A stretch of 64,000 nt of DNA from Bacillota bacterium (GTDB lineage Bacteria; Bacillota; Clostridia; Oscillospirales; CAG-382), in assembly GCA_029550965.1 (NCBI GenBank), contig JAKPGJ010000012.1:215-64214 (forward strand). The letters are read 5' to 3'. Both the position numbers and the translations under genes were made by a program. Under the pieces are notes generated by a model. It was not told the DNA's origin and ran no database searches. It was given only the letters and a program-made list of their open reading frames with translations. This document shows positions 46,612 to 56,050 of this stretch, piece after piece (the first letter of the stretch is position 1; each line of letters begins with the position of its first letter).

Positions 46612-47976
46612 ATGATGAAATTGAAAAAGAAAATTTTGGCATTGTTTTTGTGCGTATTGTTTGCAGTTTCCACCGTCGGCTGCGACAAAACAGAGGGCAG
46701 TTCTGAAAGCGCCGGTTCCGACGTGAGCAGCGCCGTATCCGAAACAGAAAGCGCGACCGAAGCGAGCAGTACTGTTTCCGAAACCAGCAGTTCGGTTTCC
46801 GATGCCAGCAGTACTGTTTCCGAAGTCGAGGTTGTGGATAAGGACGCCCCGGAATACTTAAAGAAGAACAGCGACGGTCTTTTGGCTTTGGAAAGCAAAA
46901 TCAGAAACGCGAACATAATCGCTTCGACGGCAATCCGCGTTTCCGGGTATAAATTATCCATACGGCTGCCGGATAATGTAAAAATCAAATTTGTCAAGGA
47001 AAATACCGACGGTACGAGATATCAGATTCTGTTCGATGATATCCTGGCGGGCGAATGTTACATCAACAGCCGAGATTTGCCGAACAACACAGAACAGATC
47101 TCGTCTGAATCGAATACAATTACCGCAACCGTTGACGTCAAAAAACTTACTTTGCTGTATAAAGGCGAAAACGCGAGCTGGGAGGTGCCGGTCTATCAGC
47201 TTTTTGTACGAAACCAGCAGGCGCAGCAGTACGCTATGTTTTATTTCAGACAGGATATGTTTTCGTATAATAAAATTATCGAAATGGCAAGATGGCTGGA
47301 TTTCGGCTATCTTCCTGAAACAAGCAGAGCCGGCGAAAAGGATTATTCCGGTAAGAACTGCACAATTCTGATTCTCGGCAACAGTTTTATCTACTCTTCG
47401 CAGGTGTTCAGGATACTGCAAGATATGGCGCGCGACAACAACGTCAATCTTACGGTGGATGCGGAAAGCCGCGGTTATGCAACCGTCCAGACGTATGCGT
47501 CAGACCCGCTCATACTTCAAAAGCTCAGAAACGGCGTATATGACGTGGTGTTCCTCTGCGGGTTTTACAGCGATATGAATTCGCAGCTCGAAATACTGCT
47601 GAATGAAAAATCCAATTCCACGAAGATTGTGATATTCCCTGCGCACAATGAAGCGCCGAATGTTCCCTATAAAACCAAAACGCTTTACCCCGAAACCGGT
47701 ATCGCGGACTGGAAAGGGTTTATCAATAAGCTGATCGATATGGGCATCGACTACTCAAGAATGTGTATCGATGATATGCATAAGCACTCGACCAACCTTG
47801 CCGGCTACGCCGGAGCCAGCATGATATACAGCTATCTGTATAAAAAAGCACCGGGTGACGGGGCAGCAGGGGAAATGGTTATCGGAGAGCAAATCAGTTA
47901 TGACGTTGCGCAGAGGCAAGTAGAAAGCGACCTCGAAATGATTCGGAAAGCCGCATACGATTACTTATATAACTAA
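46612..47976 (+). CDS. Lipoprotein with an SGNH/GDSL-hydrolase-like (DUF4886-like) domain
   Basis: Lipobox VSTVGC and a Ser/Thr-rich linker. ILILGNSFIYSS resembles block I of SGNH-like DUF4886 proteins. Confidence 0.55.
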   Translation: MMKLKKKILALFLCVLFAVSTVGCDKTEGSSESAGSDVSSAVSETESATEASSTVSETSSSVSDASSTVSEVEVVDKDAPEYLKKNSDGLLALESKIRNANIIASTAIRVSGYKLSIRLPDNVKIKFVKENTDGTRYQILFDDILAGECYINSRDLPNNTEQISSESNTITATVDVKKLTLLYKGENASWEVPVYQLFVRNQQAQQYAMFYFRQDMFSYNKIIEMARWLDFGYLPETSRAGEKDYSGKNCTILILGNSFIYSSQVFRILQDMARDNNVNLTVDAESRGYATVQTYASDPLILQKLRNGVYDVVFLCGFYSDMNSQLEILLNEKSNSTKIVIFPAHNEAPNVPYKTKTLYPETGIADWKGFINKLIDMGIDYSRMCIDDMHKHSTNLAGYAGASMIYSYLYKKAPGDGAAGEMVIGEQISYDVAQRQVESDLEMIRKAAYDYLYN

Positions 47977-47986
47977 ACATAAAAAA

Positions 47987-48010
47987 CCGCCCGCTGCAAT
48001 CAGCGGGCGG
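47987..48010. terminator. Bidirectional terminator between the lipoprotein gene and gap
   Basis: CCGCCCGCTG-CAAT-CAGCGGGCGG, with an A-run before it and TCTGTTTAT after it. Confidence 0.8.
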
Positions 48011-48024
48011 TCTGTTTATATGAT

Positions 48025-49041
48025 TTACTTCAGTTCTGCGAAGTACTTGATGGTACGTACCATCTGGCTTGTGTAGGAGTTCTCGTTGTCGTACCAGGAA
48101 ACAACCTGAACCTGATAGAGATCGTCGCTGATCTTGGATACCATGGTCTGGGTTGCGTCGAAGAGCGAACCGTATGTCATTCCGATAATGTCGGAAGAAA
48201 CGATTTCTTCGTCGGTGTAGCCGAAGGATTCGGAAGAAGCTGCCTTCATAGCTGCGTTGATGCCTTCCTTGGTGATGTCCTTGCCTTTTACGACAGCGAC
48301 GAGGAGGGTGGTAGAACCAGTGGGAACAGGAACGCGCTGAGCGGCGCCGATGAGTTTGCCGTTGAGTTCGGGAATAACCAGACCGATTGCCTTTGCAGCG
48401 CCGGTGCTGTTCGGAACGATGTTGATAGCGGCTGCTCTTGCGCGTCTGAGGTCGCCCTTCGGATGCGGACCGTCAAGCGTCATCTGGTCGCCGGTGTAAG
48501 CGTGAATGGTGCACATAATGCCGCTCTGAATGGGCGCGTAGTCGTTGAGCGCTTTTGCCATCGGAGCGAGGCAGTTTGTGGTGCAGGAAGCCGCGGAAAT
48601 GATGGTGTCGGTGGGCTTGAGGGTCTTCTCGTTTACGCTGTATACGATGGTGGGAAGATCGTTGCCCGCGGGAGCGGAAATGACAACCTTCTTAGCGCCT
48701 GCGTTTATATGAGCCTGTGCTTTCTCTTTGGATGTGTAGAATCCGGTGCATTCGAGAACAACGTCAACGTCGAGCTCGCCCCAGGGAAGATTGTTGGCGT
48801 CCTTCTCTTTGTAAATGATAATCTCTTTTCCATCAACGATAATGGAATTCTCCGTCGCGGTTACCTTGTCGGCGAGCGGGTATCTGCCCTGCGCCGAGTC
48901 ATACTTCAGAAGGTGCGCAAGCATCTTCGGGCTGGTAAGGTCGTTGATAGCGACAACCTCATAGCCGGGGGTGTTGAACATCTGTCTGAATGCGAGACGA
49001 CCGATACGGCCAAAACCGTTAATAGCAACTCTAACTGCCAT
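48025..49041 (-). CDS. gap: Type I glyceraldehyde-3-phosphate dehydrogenase
   Basis: INGFGRIGR and [10 protein letters not shown] active-site motifs. Confidence 0.96.
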   Translation of the reverse strand: MAVRVAINGFGRIGRLAFRQMFNTPGYEVVAINDLTSPKMLAHLLKYDSAQGRYPLADKVTATENSIIVDGKEIIIYKEKDANNLPWGELDVDVVLECTGFYTSKEKAQAHINAGAKKVVISAPAGNDLPTIVYSVNEKTLKPTDTIISAASCTTNCLAPMAKALNDYAPIQSGIMCTIHAYTGDQMTLDGPHPKGDLRRARAAAINIVPNSTGAAKAIGLVIPELNGKLIGAAQRVPVPTGSTTLLVAVVKGKDITKEGINAAMKAASSESFGYTDEEIVSSDIIGMTYGSLFDATQTMVSKISDDLYQVQVVSWYDNENSYTSQMVRTIKYFAELK

Positions 49042-49196
49042 AAAAATATACCTCCAAAATTTATAATTTATCTAACATCCTGATTATTTTATACCAAAAC
49101 CATCTGATTTACAATAGGCGGCGAAAAATTTTTCCATTTATAGTAAAAACTTTACAATAATTGAATCTGCTTTGGGTAAAACAACCAAAACCACGC

Positions 49197-49844
49197 TTAT
49201 ATGAGTTCCCGTATGCGCAGCTTCACGCCGGCTTCGTCCGCGATTTTTTGGCAGGCCGCCAGTTCTTCTTCGGTCAGGGTCTGTCTTACGACCGAGAAAA
49301 CGACGTTTTTCACATAAGGAACGCAGGCTTTCGCGAACGCGACGACCGCTTCGTACGCCTGTTTTCCGTAAACCGGCAGGCACAGCTTCTCGTATTCTTC
49401 GGCGGAAGGCGTGTTCAAGCTGATGGAAACCGTGTCGATCAGCCCTGCGAACAGGGGAGCGACGTTTCTGCCGTGAATCAGGTTCGCGTGCCCGTTGGTG
49501 TTGATGCGGATCGGCATCTGATAGGCTTCCTTGACGCCTTTCGCGACCGCCAGCAGGACGTCGAGGCGGATGGTCGGCTCGCCGTAGCCGCAGAACACAA
49601 CCTCGTCATATTGACGCATATCGTACTGCTTTAAATCCTCGAGCACCTCCTGCGCGCTCGGCTCGCGGGAAAGCCACAGCGTATCGACGCCGTAAGCGCC
49701 GTCGCCGTTGTTGCGGATGCAGAAGGTGCAGCGGTTCGTGCAGCGGTTTGTCAGATTGATGTAGATGCCGCTTCCGACCACATAGGTAAATCTGTTGCCC
49801 TTATTTTTCAATTTCGTCACCAATCCTTTCAATTTCGTCACCAA
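49197..49844 (-). CDS. TatD-associated radical SAM protein (TIGR04038-like)
   Basis: LTNRCTNRCTFC (CxxxCxxC), about 210 aa, immediately downstream of tatD. The start codon within 49823-49844 is uncertain because of a 21-bp duplication. Confidence 0.8.
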   Translation of the reverse strand: MVTKLKGLVTKLKNKGNRFTYVVGSGIYINLTNRCTNRCTFCIRNNGDGAYGVDTLWLSREPSAQEVLEDLKQYDMRQYDEVVFCGYGEPTIRLDVLLAVAKGVKEAYQMPIRINTNGHANLIHGRNVAPLFAGLIDTVSISLNTPSAEEYEKLCLPVYGKQAYEAVVAFAKACVPYVKNVVFSVVRQTLTEEELAACQKIADEAGVKLRIRELI

Positions 49845-50598
49845 TCCTGAATAGCTTTTTGGCGTTCTCCGCCGTGATTTTCGCGATATGTTCGGGCGTG
49901 GTTCCCCGAAGCTCGGCGATTTTTTGAATCGTGTACGCCAGATAGCCGCTGTCGTTGCGCTTCCCCCGGAACGGGACCGGCGTCAGGTAGGGGCAGTCGG
50001 TCTCGACAAGCAGTTTGTCCTCGTCGACGGCGGCGGCGATTTCGGGCAGTTTCTGCGCGTTTTTAAAGGTCACTACGCCGGAAACCGAAATGTACCATCC
50101 GGCTTTCGTGAGAATCTTCATGCTTTCCAGACTGCCGGAAAAGCTGTGGAAAACGCCCTTTACCTTGGAAAACGATAACGCGATGTCCATGCAGTCCTTG
50201 TGCGCGTCCCGGTCGTGGATGACGACTGGATAGCCGGTTCTCTCCGCGAGCCGCATCTGCTCGAGAAACACTTTCTTCTGCGCTACGCGGGAAGGCGTGT
50301 CGTAATAATAATCCAGCCCGATCTCCCCGACGGCGACTACTTTTGGGTGCTGTAAAAGCTGTTCCAGCCGATTGATATAATCGTCCGGCGTATTGTCCGC
50401 TTCGTGCGGGTGAACGCCGACGGCGGCGTACATCCGCGGATATTTTTCCGCAAAAGAGATCGACCGCAGCGAGGTCGGAATATCGCAGCCGCAGTTGAGG
50501 ATATGGGTAACGCCCTTTTCGCCGAACAGGCTGGCAAGCAGCGCGTCCCTGTCCTCGTCAAAACGGCTGTCGTCATAATGCGCGTGGGTATCAAACAT
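49801..50598 (-). CDS. tatD: TatD-family metal-dependent hydrolase/DNase
   Basis: MFDTHAHYDD, GEIGLDYYY, VVIHDRDA, HSFSG and ETDCPYL motifs. Confidence 0.92.
   Translation of the reverse strand: MFDTHAHYDDSRFDEDRDALLASLFGEKGVTHILNCGCDIPTSLRSISFAEKYPRMYAAVGVHPHEADNTPDDYINRLEQLLQHPKVVAVGEIGLDYYYDTPSRVAQKKVFLEQMRLAERTGYPVVIHDRDAHKDCMDIALSFSKVKGVFHSFSGSLESMKILTKAGWYISVSGVVTFKNAQKLPEIAAAVDEDKLLVETDCPYLTPVPFRGKRNDSGYLAYTIQKIAELRGTTPEHIAKITAENAKKLFRIGDEIERIGDEIEK
49807..49848. repeat. Perfect 21-bp tandem duplication in the tatD / radical SAM overlap
   Basis: TTCAATTTCGTCACCAATCCT occurs at 49807-49827 and again at 49828-49848. Confidence 0.95.
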
Positions 50599-50662
50599 TA
50601 TTGCCTCGATAAAGTATATTTAATGCCGGAAACAGGCAGCTCGCCAAACTCTAAGTAATGCT

Positions 50663-52621
50663 TTATCGTACAATGCTGCCGATTTCGGTTTGGTCGTCCG
50701 CAAAGATCACGCGTACGTCCTCGTTGCCGTCCGCGTCTTTGCTCGAAGCGGCAAGAATCATGCCGTTGCTCTCGACGCCTCTGAGTTTCGCGGTTTTGAG
50801 GTTGGCGACCAGGATTATTTTTTTGCCGATTAAGTCCTCGGGCTTGTAGAATTTCGCGATGCCGGAGACCACCTGCCGCTTTTCCGTGCCGATATCCACG
50901 ATCAGCCGCAACAGCTTGTCGGATTTGGGAACCGGCTCGCATTCCAGCACTTTGCCGACCACCAGCTTAACCTTCGCGAAGTCGTCGATCGTGATGATTC
51001 CGCTGTCGCCGGATTCGGGCGCGGGGACAGGCGTTTCCTTGGCTTTTTGCGCTTCTGCCTGCGCTTTATTGAACGCTTCAAAGAACTTCTTTTCGTCTAT
51101 GCGCGCGAAGAGGATCTGCGATTCGCCCAGCTTTTTGCCGGCGCAAGCGTAGTGAAATCCGATGCCCTCAAACGCGCGGGCGGACGCGTCGAACGAGAAG
51201 ATCGAAGCGATTTTGTCCGCGGTGTCCGGAATAAACGGCGTCAGCAGGATGGAAGCGATGCGGATGCCTTCCGTCAGGTCGGCCAGCACTTTGCCCAGCT
51301 CGGCCTTTTTGCTCTCGTCCTTCGCGAGCACCCACGGGGTGGTTTCGTCGATATACTTGTTGCAGCTCTTTAAGAACGTAAGAACCGCTTCGGTCGCGTC
51401 GGCGACATGGTAGTCGTCCATTAAGTTGACATAATCCTTAACCGCTTTGTCCGCGGCATTCTTGAGCGCGGCCGCCGCGGCGCTGTCGCTGCCGCTGTGC
51501 GCGGGAATCACGCCGCCGAAGTATTGGTTGATCATCGCGGCCGTGCGGGAAACCAGGTTGCCCAGCGTGTTCGCGAGGTCGGAGTTGGTGCGCTTTACGA
51601 TGGCTTCGTAGGTAATGCTGCCGTCGTTTAAATAACCCATCTCGGACAAAAGATAATACCGAACGGCATCCAGCCCGAACAGGTTGACAAGCTCCTCGCC
51701 GTAAATCACGTTGCCCTTGGATTTGCTCATTTTGTCCTCGCCGACCAAAAGCCAGGGATGACCGAGCACTTTTTTGGGCAGCGGCTCGCCGAGCGCAAGG
51801 AGTATGATCGGCCAGTATATGGTATGGAAGCGGACAATGTCCTTTCCGATGACATGCAGGTCGGCGGGCCAGTATTTTTTATACAGTTCGCCCGGATTCT
51901 CGGTATCGTAGCCGAGCGCGGTGATATAGTTGGAAAGCGCGTCGATCCAGACGTAAATGACGTGCTTGGGATCGAACTCGACCGGAATGCCCCAGGTGAA
52001 CGAGCTGCGCGAAACGCAGAGGTCCTGCAGTCCGGGTTTGATGAAGTTGTTGATCATTTCGTTCTTGCGCGCGGCGGGCGTGATAAAGTCGTTGTTCTCG
52101 ATATACGCGAGCAGCTTGTCCGCGTACTTCGACAGCCGGAGGAAGTAGGCCTCCTCTTTTGCTTTTACGCACTTCGCGCCGCAGGTCGGGCAGCAGCCGT
52201 CAACCAGCTGCGATTCTGTCCAGAAGGACTCGCAGGGCGTGCAGTAAGGGCCTTCGTACGCGCTCTTGTAGATGTCGCCCTGCTTATAAAGTTTTGTAAA
52301 GATATGCTGAACCGCCTTGACGTGGTAGTCGTCGGTCGTGCGGATGAATTTGTCGTAGCTGATGTTGAATAGCTTCCAGATCTTCTTAATGTCGTCCGCG
52401 ACCGCGTCGACATACGCTTTCGGAGAAATTCCCTTTTTCTCGGCGTAAGACTGGATTTTCTGACCATGTTCGTCCGTACCGGTGAGAAAGAATACATCAT
52501 ACCCCCGCATTCGCTTGTAGCGCGCAATCGCATCGGACAGTATAATCTCATAGATATTGCCGATGTGCGGCTTCTGCGAAGTATAAACGATGGCTGTGGT
52601 GATGTAGAATTTCTCTTTCAT
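50663..52621 (-). CDS. metG: Methionine--tRNA ligase with a C-terminal tRNA-binding (EMAP/Trbp111-like) domain
   Basis: KPHIGNIYE (HIGH) and KMSKSKGN motifs, Cys knuckles CTPCE..CPTCG, and the C-terminal segment KLVVGKVLECEPVPKSDKLL. Confidence 0.96.
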   Translation of the reverse strand: MKEKFYITTAIVYTSQKPHIGNIYEIILSDAIARYKRMRGYDVFFLTGTDEHGQKIQSYAEKKGISPKAYVDAVADDIKKIWKLFNISYDKFIRTTDDYHVKAVQHIFTKLYKQGDIYKSAYEGPYCTPCESFWTESQLVDGCCPTCGAKCVKAKEEAYFLRLSKYADKLLAYIENNDFITPAARKNEMINNFIKPGLQDLCVSRSSFTWGIPVEFDPKHVIYVWIDALSNYITALGYDTENPGELYKKYWPADLHVIGKDIVRFHTIYWPIILLALGEPLPKKVLGHPWLLVGEDKMSKSKGNVIYGEELVNLFGLDAVRYYLLSEMGYLNDGSITYEAIVKRTNSDLANTLGNLVSRTAAMINQYFGGVIPAHSGSDSAAAAALKNAADKAVKDYVNLMDDYHVADATEAVLTFLKSCNKYIDETTPWVLAKDESKKAELGKVLADLTEGIRIASILLTPFIPDTADKIASIFSFDASARAFEGIGFHYACAGKKLGESQILFARIDEKKFFEAFNKAQAEAQKAKETPVPAPESGDSGIITIDDFAKVKLVVGKVLECEPVPKSDKLLRLIVDIGTEKRQVVSGIAKFYKPEDLIGKKIILVANLKTAKLRGVESNGMILAASSKDADGNEDVRVIFADDQTEIGSIVR

Positions 52622-52624
52622 ATA

Positions 52625-53086
52625 CTAAAAACCCCTTTTGCTGTTTCTTAGTTGTGCAAAAAAATCAGAGAGCAGCGCGGTGCATTCTTTCTCCAGAACG
52701 CCGCCGGTCACTTCGTATTTGTGGTTGAACTTATAATCCGCAATATTAAAAACGCTGCCGTATGCGCCCGCTTTGTAGTCGTAACCGCCGAAAACCACCC
52801 GCCTGATGCGGGAATTAATGACGGCGCCCGCGCACATGGGGCAGGGCTCGAGCGTCACATACAGCGTGCAGTCCTCCAGCCGCCAGACGCCCAGCTTCCT
52901 GCAGGCTCGGTCTATGGCGACAATCTCCGCGTGCAGCAGAGCGTTGCTCTTTTTTTCTCTCAGGTTGTAGCCCGAGGCGATGATTTTTCCGTTCTTGACG
53001 ATAACGGCGCCGACCGGCACCTCGCCGATGGAAGCGGCTTTTTTGGCTCTTTTGATCGCCTGCCGCATAAAGTAAATATCATCCAT
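52625..53086 (-). CDS. tadA: tRNA adenosine(34) deaminase
   Basis: HAEIVAI and PCPMCAGA zinc-binding motifs. Confidence 0.93.
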   Translation of the reverse strand: MDDIYFMRQAIKRAKKAASIGEVPVGAVIVKNGKIIASGYNLREKKSNALLHAEIVAIDRACRKLGVWRLEDCTLYVTLEPCPMCAGAVINSRIRRVVFGGYDYKAGAYGSVFNIADYKFNHKYEVTGGVLEKECTALLSDFFAQLRNSKRGF

Positions 53087-53127
53087 GATACCCTATATCC
53101 GTATATATGATAACATTCGCGAAATTT

Positions 53128-54198
53128 TTACAAATATTCAGGAAAATACCGAACAATCAGCACGACGACATAGATAATCACAAACAGCGCCGTAAACACG
53201 TTCGCAAGCGAAAGCGAAAAATACTGCTTTATACTCAGTTTGGGCTTGTCGGGCGGCGCGACGCTGTGCATAATGCTGGTTTTAAAGAACCCGCTGCGGA
53301 TAAACAGGATTAATCCTACGATGAAGCAGGCGATGGCTCCGAAAACAAACGTCGATTCGACAATTACTAAAGGATTTTCTGATCCTTTGAACTGCAGTGT
53401 ATACGCCGTAAATACCGTGTAGGCGTTGTTGAGCAGGTGTATCAATGCGCCGTACCAAATTGAGCCGGTTTTGATATAGATAAATCCTGCCACAATGCCG
53501 AAACAGGTCGCGAACGCCGCCTGCGGCGGATTGACATGCATCAGACCGAAGATGACGCTGGATACAACCAAAGCGAAGGTTTGCCCATAGGGAAGCAGCG
53601 CGCGCAATAGCACGCCTCGAAACGCCCACTCCTCGAATATAGCGGGCAGGAAGGCAATCATAATAAAATAGAGAATGATTCCGGCAACGGTCTGCGGCAG
53701 CTGTGTATCGGTTTCGATGAATCGGTCGAGCAAACCGCCGAAAATGAGTCTGACGATTAAGTTTACCGTATAGCCGGCGCCCAATCCAAAGGGGATATAC
53801 AGCCAGAATTTATTCGGGCAGTCCGAATTCACATGAAAAGCCTGCCTCGGCCGAATGCCGGCCGCTTTTGAAAGGATTGCAAACGGAAAAATCAGGCTGA
53901 ACAGGTAGGTAAAAATGTTGAAACAGACAGCGAATACCTCGGTTCCCATCATCGCCAGCGCGCTGTTTTTTACGTGCTCAAACGAAAGATTGGAAACGCC
54001 GGAGATAATATAGGCCAAAGCGTCCGCGAGCGCGTGGCAGATGTTTTTATAAACATCCGCGTCAATAAAACTGTACGCCAATAAAATGGAAAGCATTAGC
54101 GCAGAAAAGGCAATCGCCATGCTGAACGCTTTTCCGGCCTGCTTTTTCTGCGCGCGGCTGCGCTGCAGTTCCTGTTGATGAATCATTCCCAGCTGCAT
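53128..54198 (-). CDS. CPBP-family intramembrane glutamic endopeptidase (CAAX protease-like)
   Basis: EEWAFRG, FGLMH and HLLNN motifs in a polytopic membrane protein. Confidence 0.85.
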   Translation of the reverse strand: MQLGMIHQQELQRSRAQKKQAGKAFSMAIAFSALMLSILLAYSFIDADVYKNICHALADALAYIISGVSNLSFEHVKNSALAMMGTEVFAVCFNIFTYLFSLIFPFAILSKAAGIRPRQAFHVNSDCPNKFWLYIPFGLGAGYTVNLIVRLIFGGLLDRFIETDTQLPQTVAGIILYFIMIAFLPAIFEEWAFRGVLLRALLPYGQTFALVVSSVIFGLMHVNPPQAAFATCFGIVAGFIYIKTGSIWYGALIHLLNNAYTVFTAYTLQFKGSENPLVIVESTFVFGAIACFIVGLILFIRSGFFKTSIMHSVAPPDKPKLSIKQYFSLSLANVFTALFVIIYVVVLIVRYFPEYL

Positions 54199-54223
54199 AT
54201 TTGCATATCACCTCATAAAACAT

Positions 54224-54252
54224 ATTTTACCACATAAAAAATATTAAATCAA
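54224..54252 (-). promoter_or_regulatory. sigma-A promoter for the CPBP protease gene (minus strand)
   Basis: On the minus strand: TTGATT (54252-54247), 17-nt spacer, TGg-TAAAAT (54229-54224). Confidence 0.55.
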
Positions 54253-54400
54253 TTATTTTTTATTTATTTGACTTTTAAACCGGATTCGGTACGGCTTCGG
54301 TTCTATACTTATTTCTGCACGACGGATAAAATGAACAGGGTCCGCAGATGGGCGGCATCGCTTCAAGGATTCGGCCGTCGTTGAATGATGGATTTGAACA

Positions 54401-54440
54401 AAAAAACGCCGCGGCAAGCTGCCTTTCCGCGGCTGTTTTC
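54401..54440 (-). terminator. Hairpin terminator, stronger on the minus strand
   Basis: GCCGCGG (54408-54414) pairs with CCGCGGC (54427-54433). The minus-strand transcript would end in a run of U (plus-strand A6 at 54401-54406). On the plus strand it is followed by TGTTTTCT. Confidence 0.55.
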
Positions 54441-54706
54441 TACGGCGCTTTTTTTATAAAAGGGCGCAAAAAAGAAAAAGGACACGCCTTTTCGGAAGTG
54501 CCCTGCGCTCGTCGTTTAGACCTATACAGTGTTCGCGAAAGGTTGCTTTGCGCGGCGCAATACCGAACGGTCCCGCATCGCGCCGTATTCGGTTTAAAGT
54601 GCCGCAATCATGCCGTCCTTCACTTTAAAAAATACTCCTTTCGGGAACCGTTCTACTGACGAAACATTGCCATCAATAAGAAGAAAAGCCGATATTCGCA
54701 TCGCGG

Positions 54707-55828
54707 TTATAGGGAAACACGGTTTTTGTGTTTGTACATATATTTATCTAATATGTTGATAAAAATGTCCGCATCCATGCCGCATGTGTAAATCGCGTAC
54801 CCCATACTTAATTCCAGCTTGTACGGCAAAAGATTTTTTGCGTTAAACGCGCGGAATTCCGTTTTGATTTTCTCAACCGTTTTGTTGAGCGCGTCGGCGT
54901 CCGACGTGTCCAGCACGACGAAGAACTCGTCCCCGCCGTATCGCGCGATCAAGTCGTTTTTATCGACGCAGGCCTGCAGAAGCTCCGCCGCTTTTTTCAA
55001 AGCTTCGTCGCCGGCTTTGTGACCGAAGGTGTCGTTGATGTTTTTAAAGTTGTCGAGGTCCAAAAGGATGGCGGAAAAGGTTCTGCCCGGCGAGCTGCCG
55101 CGGATCATTTTCGACAGGTGAAACTCCAGCTTTTTTCGGTTGGCGACGCCTGTCAGGTAGTCTGTGAAAACATCCTGATTTTGAACGTGCAAGAACACGA
55201 CCAGAATCGTCAGCGCGACTCCGTTGAAAATAAAAGAATATCCGTAAATCATCAGCTGCAGAACAGCGCACAGGACAGCCGGAATCGGAAACAGCAGCAA
55301 GGCGTATAAATGCCTGCGCTGAATCCGTTTTCGCTTTTTATATACCACAAGCGAAGCGAGCGCGAGCAGGATGAAAGAGAACACGAACGGAATCGGGTAG
55401 TGCGGACCTCTGTGATAGACGTTCTGTTCGTCAAGATAATAGATCCATCTGTTTTTCAGCGAGAGAACCACGATTATAAAATTTGCCGCGGTGATGGCGG
55501 AAATAACCGCCGCAATCGCTGTGAACAGCTTTTCGTTGTGTTTTTTGTAGTGAAAGACAAAAAGCAGCCAAAAAGCGGACGCGGCCGGGCTGAATATATA
55601 CAAAAGGAAGATCCCGGCGCGGTTCAGGGCGGAAAGAATCGTTTCCGTGCGGCCGTCCAGCCGGCCGACGCTGTCAAAAATCAGCATGAGCATCGCGGAA
55701 GCGACCAGCCACAAAAATACTCTGTTGTGTTTTAGTTCGGTGTTGCTGTATCTTTTTGAGTAAAAAAAGAGGATCAATAAAAGAATAATCGAGAAGCAGT
55801 TGAGAAACAGGTTGTTGATGAAAGTCAT
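54707..55828 (-). CDS. Diguanylate cyclase (GGDEF) with an N-terminal polytopic membrane domain
   Basis: About 200 aa with 6-7 TM helices, then LDLDNFKNINDTFGH and RYGGDEFFVVL. Confidence 0.88.
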   Translation of the reverse strand: MTFINNLFLNCFSIILLLILFFYSKRYSNTELKHNRVFLWLVASAMLMLIFDSVGRLDGRTETILSALNRAGIFLLYIFSPAASAFWLLFVFHYKKHNEKLFTAIAAVISAITAANFIIVVLSLKNRWIYYLDEQNVYHRGPHYPIPFVFSFILLALASLVVYKKRKRIQRRHLYALLLFPIPAVLCAVLQLMIYGYSFIFNGVALTILVVFLHVQNQDVFTDYLTGVANRKKLEFHLSKMIRGSSPGRTFSAILLDLDNFKNINDTFGHKAGDEALKKAAELLQACVDKNDLIARYGGDEFFVVLDTSDADALNKTVEKIKTEFRAFNAKNLLPYKLELSMGYAIYTCGMDADIFINILDKYMYKHKNRVSL

Positions 55829-56050
55829 TTAATACTGCCCACTTTCTGAAAAATAGAAAAAGATACGCTTATATCATATATCGGCAACGAGCGAAAAAGA
55901 GTTATTTATGCTTCATTTCTTTCTAAGAGAATCGCTTATACGGCGCGCTGTACGCCCTCTCCGACAACTTCGCGCAGGCGCTCCCGGTTGTATTTCGCGG
56001 CCGGATGACGCAAATCCGGTTCGCGTGCCGGATCAGTACAAGATGCATAG

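Noticed and set aside
52622-52624. T-box leader expected upstream of metG
   Set aside because: metG starts 3 nt after tadA, so there is no room for a leader. The gene is part of an operon.
54376-54402. GTTCAAATCC on the minus strand, reminiscent of a tRNA T-loop
   Set aside because: The flanking bases (TTTTG / CATCA) cannot form a T-stem, and no acceptor or anticodon arms can be drawn. It is not a tRNA.
54348-54659. 103-aa plus-strand ORF in the GGDEF/CPBP spacer
   Set aside because: It has no RBS, its composition is odd, and it spans a terminator hairpin. I treated the region as non-coding RNA/structure instead.
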